DNA of 62,208 bases, from NCBI RefSeq assembly GCF_000181795.1, contig NW_003526943.1:10322253-10384460 (forward strand), read 5' to 3'. The notes beneath the pieces were generated by a model. It did not search any database. It had not been told where the DNA came from and was given only the letters and a program-made list of their open reading frames with translations. Of this stretch, positions 55,280 to 62,208 are shown piece after piece; position 1 is the first letter of the stretch; the number at the start of each line of letters is the position of its first letter. This DNA comes from Trichinella spiralis (Eukaryota). The translations under genes and the position numbers were made by a program.

Positions 55280-57432
55280 ATGGACGATGATCCATCACCA
55301 TTGTTAATATTTTTTAATGAAAGAAGCTCTATCTGGGACACTATCAGTCGTTTATTTCTATTGTTTCAACTTCATTTGCTTTTTAATGAAACCATACCTG
55401 GTCTATTTCGTTGTCTTCATGGATATGAAAATGCGACGTATGAATATATCAGAGATTTATTTTTGTCTGAAGATCGTACACCATATTATAAGTTTTGGTC
55501 AAATTACAAGGATAGTGGTATGATGACATTGCGCGTTATCTATTTCACAGGTATGTGTTTTCATTTTCTCTTTTCTTAATCCTTTTGTGAGTCAGATATA
55601 TAACTAACTATAATATGGATATGCATTTTAAAATTATTTAACACATTATGTATGTATGTGTTCTGAGATGCCATTTTTAATGCACACCAAATTTGAGTTT
55701 CACCTAGTAATTACAAATTAATGGCTGCAAGTTATTCTACATGTATTTGCAGCATGGATATTTTAATGGAATAAACATTTAAATTCCATACAACATTGGG
55801 GCCTTGAATTTCAAAATTTACTAAGAAAAAAAACTATAATTATAATGCTAAAATATGATGACACATATTAAAATTTGTGTTATATTAAAATTTTATTGAT
55901 GTAATTATTTATATCAAGCAGTACGTTATAATTAAACAAATTTAAAATCATTTTTAGCTGCCTTTACGATGCTTTCACTGATCTTCTTTACGACGAAAGC
56001 TGTTGCAAATCTTTACACACTGATTATTCGACTAATATTTTTTTCTATAGCTTTGACCTTTTTTATTTCAAGTGAAAAAATGCAATTAGATGTACCCTTT
56101 TACCCCAGTACGTTTTATTTTCATTTAAGTAACACATGGATATGCTTGGGCGGCTTAATTTTGTGCACCTTACTCTCAGCCGTGTTTATAAATTTGAGAT
56201 TGCTGGCAAGTACTGTAATGTTCATTTTATTTCTGATCGGCATCATGGGGTTTAAAGTAGAAGGTGGCAATAATTTGCATACAGCACTGAAAATCTGGTC
56301 CAGTGCATTGCTGATTTATGAAGCATGGCAAATTAAACATAAATGGTATTATTTGGGTTATGGATTGATGGATGAGATGAGAAATCTAGCCGGCATTATT
56401 CAGCTGATGCACAACAATCCATATTTATATTTAGCTTTATGGGAACGTTCTTGCTTGAGCAGCGCTCTCAAAGCTTTCTGCGCTTGCAATCTGGTCTTTT
56501 CTTTACACCACCATCATCCACTGGATTACTTTTTGACAAAAAGTGCTGAAAGTGGGGTATCAGTAGTTGCTAGCGCTTACGTGCTCAGTCATTTCATTGT
56601 CAAAGTCTACCACACTTTGTCCAACATCATTGGCACGGAAATGCGCCAAAAAAATTGGACTTGCATTTTATTCTTTATGATTGTACTTACCGCCATACAC
56701 AACAGAATATGTTTCATCAGTCCGTCAGAAAGAGTGCAACTGATCTACCTTTTCCTCAGCTGGATTTTGATAATTATTTGCCACTGTCTGCGCGCTCAAA
56801 TCAGACATGCTATTACAAGAGTACAAGACGGTGTTCAACCATGGTCCATTTCATTGTTAACAATACCGATACTGCTTGTATTCAGCGGATTGGTGTTAAT
56901 GTACTTGCGAAATGATACAATGAAACTGATGAAGCTGCATTTCATTAAACGTTTTTTAGCAGCTCATCTAGCAATCAGATCATACATTCTAATTGCTGCA
57001 CAGCTAATTGCGCCTGCTAATTTGTGGAATACAGATCACGTTTGTACAGTGCTAAATCGATGCTGTGATTTTATATTTACACTTGCGTTGCTGTACATCA
57101 CAACGCCATTCAATTCTGATTCCCAAACTGACCTTTTCCGTTTGTCTGTAATCATATTACAATGCTGGCAGTGCATACCAACTTGGATGAAACCTCAGGT
57201 AAACCAGTTCATCGGAATACTACTTGTTAAATGGCGCTTGATGCGAATGAAAAATGCCGATGAAGCTACATTACTTCAGCTAGCTGACATATGCCCAATT
57301 TGCCACTGTGAGTTAGATACAACAGCTGAGGTAAAAGTGACAAAATGTCGACATTATTTTCACAGAGATTGCTTATATCAATGGTTGCGCATCAGAGATG
57401 ACTGTCCTGCATGCCGAGAAACTTATATTTAA
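55280..57432 (+). CDS. Polytopic membrane RING-H2 E3 ligase, RNF145/RNF139(TRC8)-like; exons 55280-55550 and 55958-57432 (about 581 aa)
   Basis: Many TM segments, then NADEATLLQLADICPIC...CRHYFHRDC...CPAC (C3H2C3). The phase-1 intron joins in frame. Confidence 0.85.
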
Positions 57433-59162
57433 TTTTTATTTGAAATATTGAAAGAAACACTTTTGTTCCTCCATTTATCTAATGTTGTAACTACAAGAGT
57501 AATAGTGATATTTCTACTTTTTCTTTTTTTATAATTATTTCATTTCATATTATGTATTTTATATTTTTATTAATTTACCATCATTATATAACAACTGCTC
57601 ATTTATTATGCTGGCAGCAAGAGCAAGATGCTGCTTATCCGCTGAACACAGAGAGCACAGTGAAATGATCAATAAGATGCTGCTATTAAAACGAAACATT
57701 CTTTCCTTATGGTGCTCTTGGAGAACTCAAGACAGGTCCGGTAATCACACAGTTCAAAAACATTGCTTTGTAAAATTGACTTGTTTTTGCGTTTGCCAAC
57801 GCTGATGTTACTCCAAACGCTCATTGCTGCAGCAGAGTTAGGCATTGTCTAACTGTTGTCAGTTTGCTCTGCTTATATACATTTATTTCTGCTTATCCAT
57901 TCTTAAACAAAATGAAGAACTCTAACATAACTACGCAGTTTGAAACAAATGAACCAAAAAAATATTGGCATAAATTGGCTGAATCAGCGTGATTGTCTGG
58001 AAGCTTCTGTGAACTTAGCTTGTTCTCCTCTTGCAGTGGTTAAAAAGCAGAGAGCGTGTCATGACTTCCATCTATGCAGATATACCGTAACAGCAAAATT
58101 ACCAGAGAAGATGGTGGTGACGACGCCGCTGCAGAGCCAATTGTGAATAAATCAATCCAGTCGTGCATCAGGCATGCTTTGTCTACTTCTGCTACCTGAA
58201 AACTATTCAGCCAGAATCTCCTATGGTGGAATTTTCACAAAATACAAAATACTGCCCTTCACCAACAGTTGAAGCTAAGCTTCCATTTCACGTAGCTAAT
58301 TCTTTAACAGGGTCATCTAACCTAAATTAGAAGGTGAAATCTGAACGAAGTGAGTAACCAGACATATGGATGTAGTTACTGGTCTTAAACTGTCCTCACA
58401 TTTTATAACTCTTGCTGGGAATAGAATTTATTAGCATAAAATAATATACTACCTAACGTGATTCACTGTTGGTAAACCAAATGGTCGTGATGGTAAGCAA
58501 AATTCAACTTCCTCATGAAACAACCTACCACTAGCCCGTATGATATTTTCCAGATATTACGTGCCATTGTTACACAATGATTGAGGCTTTGATCTGTTTG
58601 CTTCGTGAATTTCTGACGCTGCAGCTGTTTGAAGACAAGCCAAATGATTTTTTGCCTGTACACTTTCTAATGTGCCAAGCATGAACACTGTTGCTCATAT
58701 CAATCCGGCAAGCTTATAAATCAATCACTATACATGCTAAATAAATTTTGTGTCACTATATTGGTTTTTTTATTTTAGTAGTTGTTCAGTAGTTTATTAT
58801 AAATGTTGCTGCTACTGTTGTCACAGTTCCGGTAGTAGTATTCAAACAGCTGTACGATTTTGTTTTCCTTGTTTATTGCTGCAGTCATTTTAATTCACTT
58901 TTATTCCTAAAATAAGTTATAAACAGATATTAATATAATGTAGTCATATAAAATACCTGAAATATTGAAATAATCTTTTATCATATGGTTGTTGCAAATA
59001 TGCCATTTTTCTGTTTCAAACTGTAGACATTTTTGATATGTCCCTCGTTTGAAAACAGTAATGCAACAGTCATACTGAAAGAGGAAGCTCTTTGCACTGA
59101 AAGCAAAAATCTACCATACGCTTGCTTGTTCATAGCATAAACAATTGTTTAACACTACCGCA

Positions 59163-61470
59163 ACCATACTTTGTAAACAGAGGAAAAACCATACTTTGAC
59201 AAGGAAGCTCTGTGGTTATTGCATTTGTTACAAGGCTTTTTAGAAAATTAACAGATGAATGCCAACATGCAAGATGAAAATTTTGCATTTATCTTTTAAT
59301 GAGTTGTTTAACTTAAAAGTAACTGAACTAGTGATGGTCGTCCACAAAAATGAATTGTTTACTTCAGGATTTCAGCAAAACTGTTTTCAGAAGAATTGAC
59401 AAAAAGTGCATTAGGATATAGTAGTTAAATATCAGTATTTCACAATTGAGAATTTTTTTAACTGCAGCATTCATCAATAAAAGGTATATAGCTTCACTTC
59501 ATTTCATCGTGTAAAGGGAAAATTTCTGAATGTAAATCTAAAATATGAAATGATATTACAGCTTTATTCTTCAGTAAAATAAAAATTGGTTAAACCTTTG
59601 GTATTTCTTTCATTTTTTTATTATTCAGAAAATTTTTCCTGAAATCTGCAATAATTTATACTGATTACCAAGATAATGCTATTAGCTGTATCAAAATTTC
59701 TTTCAATTAAGAAATTGCTTTGATAATGCTTAGTCTGTTTATCGTACAGTTTTCATGATATATATTAAGAAGCAGCAAGACAACATTTACAACAACATTG
59801 CACGTTACTTTTATTCAGAAATTCAGACTATACAGTTTAAAAAACAAGATAAGAGCTGCATATTTGTTTAGAAGAGCAACTGCTGAAATGTAAATCAGAT
59901 AACCAATTCAGCTGATGCAAGTTTTATTGAAAGATAAAGAATATGATGAGAAGATATAAATAAGCGTAACTATGACAAGCATAATAAATGAGGATCTCAA
60001 TTCAACAATTTCTTTCTTAAGTACAATCGAAATTAGACGCTACATTGCATTTATCATTGTCACACAAATTTGGCGTATTACTGAAGTAATCAACGCATCT
60101 GCTACTGCAGCGCTGACCGTTGCTTCTGTGTTCGACATCGCCGAAAACTGTTAAATTCATTCCATTTTTACCATACACACACACACACACACATAAACAC
60201 ACATACACATACACAATAAGAAATATACATATATTGATTTTTATGTTTATACAAATAAAATATGATAGGCAGTAACAGTAACTACTGAAATCTCAAACTA
60301 ACAAAAGAGGAGCAGCAAATCAAAAACATACATCACATACGACGCCGCGGCCTTAGCATCTCCTCCCTCTGCCTTAGATAAAATTCAAAGGCAGAGGTCG
60401 CCATTTCATCCATTTCAAATTCTAATTCAGGCCAGTACGTCCTCCCAGACAAAGAGAATGACGACGACTCTTCACAGAAAGAATAAAAAACATATAGCCA
60501 GTCGTTAGTCCGGTATGATCCGTCTATTTCTATTACTCGAAAGCTCGCCCGAAAACTGTCTGAAATCTCTGAAGCCTCTGAACCTTCTGAATTCCCTGAA
60601 TCCTCTGAACATTCTGAAGTCTCTGAATCCTCTGAAATTTCTGAGGTATCTAGAGATTCTGAAGAATATGAACATTCTGAAGTCTCGGAATCCTCTGAAA
60701 TTTCTGAAGTCACTGAATCCTCTGAAATTTCTGGAGTATCTAGAGATTCTGAAGAATATGAACATTCTGAAGTCTCTGAATCCTCTGAAATTTCTGAAGT
60801 CACTGAATCCTCTGAAATCTCTGAAGTATCTGGAGATTCTGAACAACATTCTTAAGTCATTGAATCCTCTGAACAATCTGAAGTCTCTGGACATTCTGAA
60901 ATCTGTAAACATTCCAAAGAATTTGACATTCTGAATTCACTTAACCTTCTGAACATTCGGAAGTCTCAGAAAATACTGAAGTCTCTGGACTTTCAGAAAT
61001 CTATAAACAATTCCAAAGAATTTGAACATTCTGAAGTACAAAATGCTCAAAACATTATGAAGTCTCTAATTTTCTGAAGTCTCTTGACATTCTGAAATCT
61101 CTAATATTCCTATAAATTACATTCTGAAATCACTGAATCCACTGAATCTTTGAAGTTTCTTGACATTCTGAAATTCTCCGAACATTCTGGAGTTTCTAAA
61201 TTTTCAAAACCTCTGAAGATAAATCACATAAAAAAAATGCGCTCAATTTCATATGCAGTTGTTGAAAACTCCAGGTTGTGATGTAATTCTTCACCGTGGG
61301 GCAATCTTCCGACTTGAAGACTCATTGGAACAAGTGCTTTGCCGAGTTAGGGTACGGCTCGAACCGTCATTTGGTTGGCATCGTGCACCTCTTACCACCA
61401 ACTGATGAATTAAAAAACAAAAAAGGAAAATAAATATTATAACCCTGGGCCTAAAAGCTAAATGAAACTT
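59163..61470 (-). repeat. Copy 3 of the polyQ/Ser-Glu-repeat cassette (ORF2 3' part 60333-60900; sequence quality falls toward the gap)
   Basis: Near-identical to 39789 onward. The repeat array has a different unit number. Indels increase from about 60920 to the gap. Confidence 0.9.
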
Positions 61471-61480
61471 NNNNNNNNNN

Positions 61481-62208
61481 GTTATTTGCTCTTTTTCTTG
61501 TTTTTCAACGTTAGGTTGTATAAAGGGTTATTCCGTGTTTTGTATTTGGATTGTACTTTTTTTTTCGGGAAAAATTTTTTTAGGAGTGCTTTACGGCGGG
61601 TGTTTTTAAAAATTTTGGGGGGGGGACCCACTTTGAAAAGGGTATTTTTCCGCGCCCCCCCGGCTTGCAATGCATTTTTTAAAAGGCAAGAGGGGGGAAA
61701 TAAAAAAATTTAAGTTTAATCCTTTAAATTTTAAAAGCCATACGCCTAATTATAATGTATAAGTTTATTTGTCAAATGCATAATGAGATGTACGCAAACA
61801 GTGGGCTTGTTTTCTGTTTTGACTGATGACTTCATCGACGTCCACACTAATACGTGTTAGTTTTAGTCGTAAAGTGTTGGATATTTGTAGCTTATTTCGA
61901 AATTTGCTTTTAATTCCAATATTGCTGAAAATCAAATTTTGCACAAGTTGGAAGTAGTGAAAGGAAGCAGCACTTTTAATGTTGCGGTAGAAAGAGTTGG
62001 ATATGTGTTTTATTCAAACTGACAGCCAAACGTTTGTTATTGTTTTATGATCAAAACTGACTTTAAACGAAGAAATCTTCAGACAAATCGATTAATTCTC
62101 CATCTGCTTTTGTGGATATGTAAGGACTGACAAGATCTTGCGTGGCCGTGAGAAACCGGGACTGAAATAGTGAGTCTCCAGGCATAAGTAAACTGAAATC
62201 ATAGCTTA
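61481..62208 (+). repeat. Duplicate of about 52766-53480 (hAT element left end plus its flank)
   Basis: The central part is identical to 53020-53350 and both ends are error-rich. Confidence 0.88.

Noticed and set aside
57940..58720. Possible Gypsy RT and Pao protease traces
   Set aside because: Only weak motif echoes with stops; not callable.
60920..61740. Apparent rapid divergence or pseudogenisation of copy 3 and of the hAT duplicate
   Set aside because: Errors rise steadily toward the gap from both sides, the pattern of low-quality read ends.

Overview
AT-rich eukaryotic genomic DNA with short GT-AG introns. It is most likely from a Trichinella-type (clade I) nematode, an inference from the DNase II family member, the TE families and the intron style. 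It is a draft assembly with five N-gaps. Conventional spliced genes: ATGL/PNPLA2-like lipase (+), a divergent Cys-loop ligand-gated ion channel subunit (-), a PP1-like phosphatase (+), NDR/SAX-1 kinase (-), a head-to-head pair of secreted double-DM13 proteins, a frameshifted DNase II (-), FBXL2/20 (-) and an RNF145/TRC8-like membrane RING-H2 E3 ligase (+). Mobile DNA: a nested LTR cluster (Gypsy gag, BEL/Pao, Mag-like Gypsy) and MULE, hAT-Buster and Tigger remnants. The most unusual element is a thrice-repeated minus-strand cassette that appears to pack three ORFs into one transcription unit: a 70-aa Cys/His peptide, a 385-aa polyQ plus Ser-Glu-repeat protein with a basic tail, and a 32-aa peptide. 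Also notable are a BEL/Pao primer-binding site extended to 39 nt of tRNA-Tyr complement that supplies the gag ATG, and an inverted duplication of the FBXL 5' region. Exon boundaries were read by eye and no searches were run.
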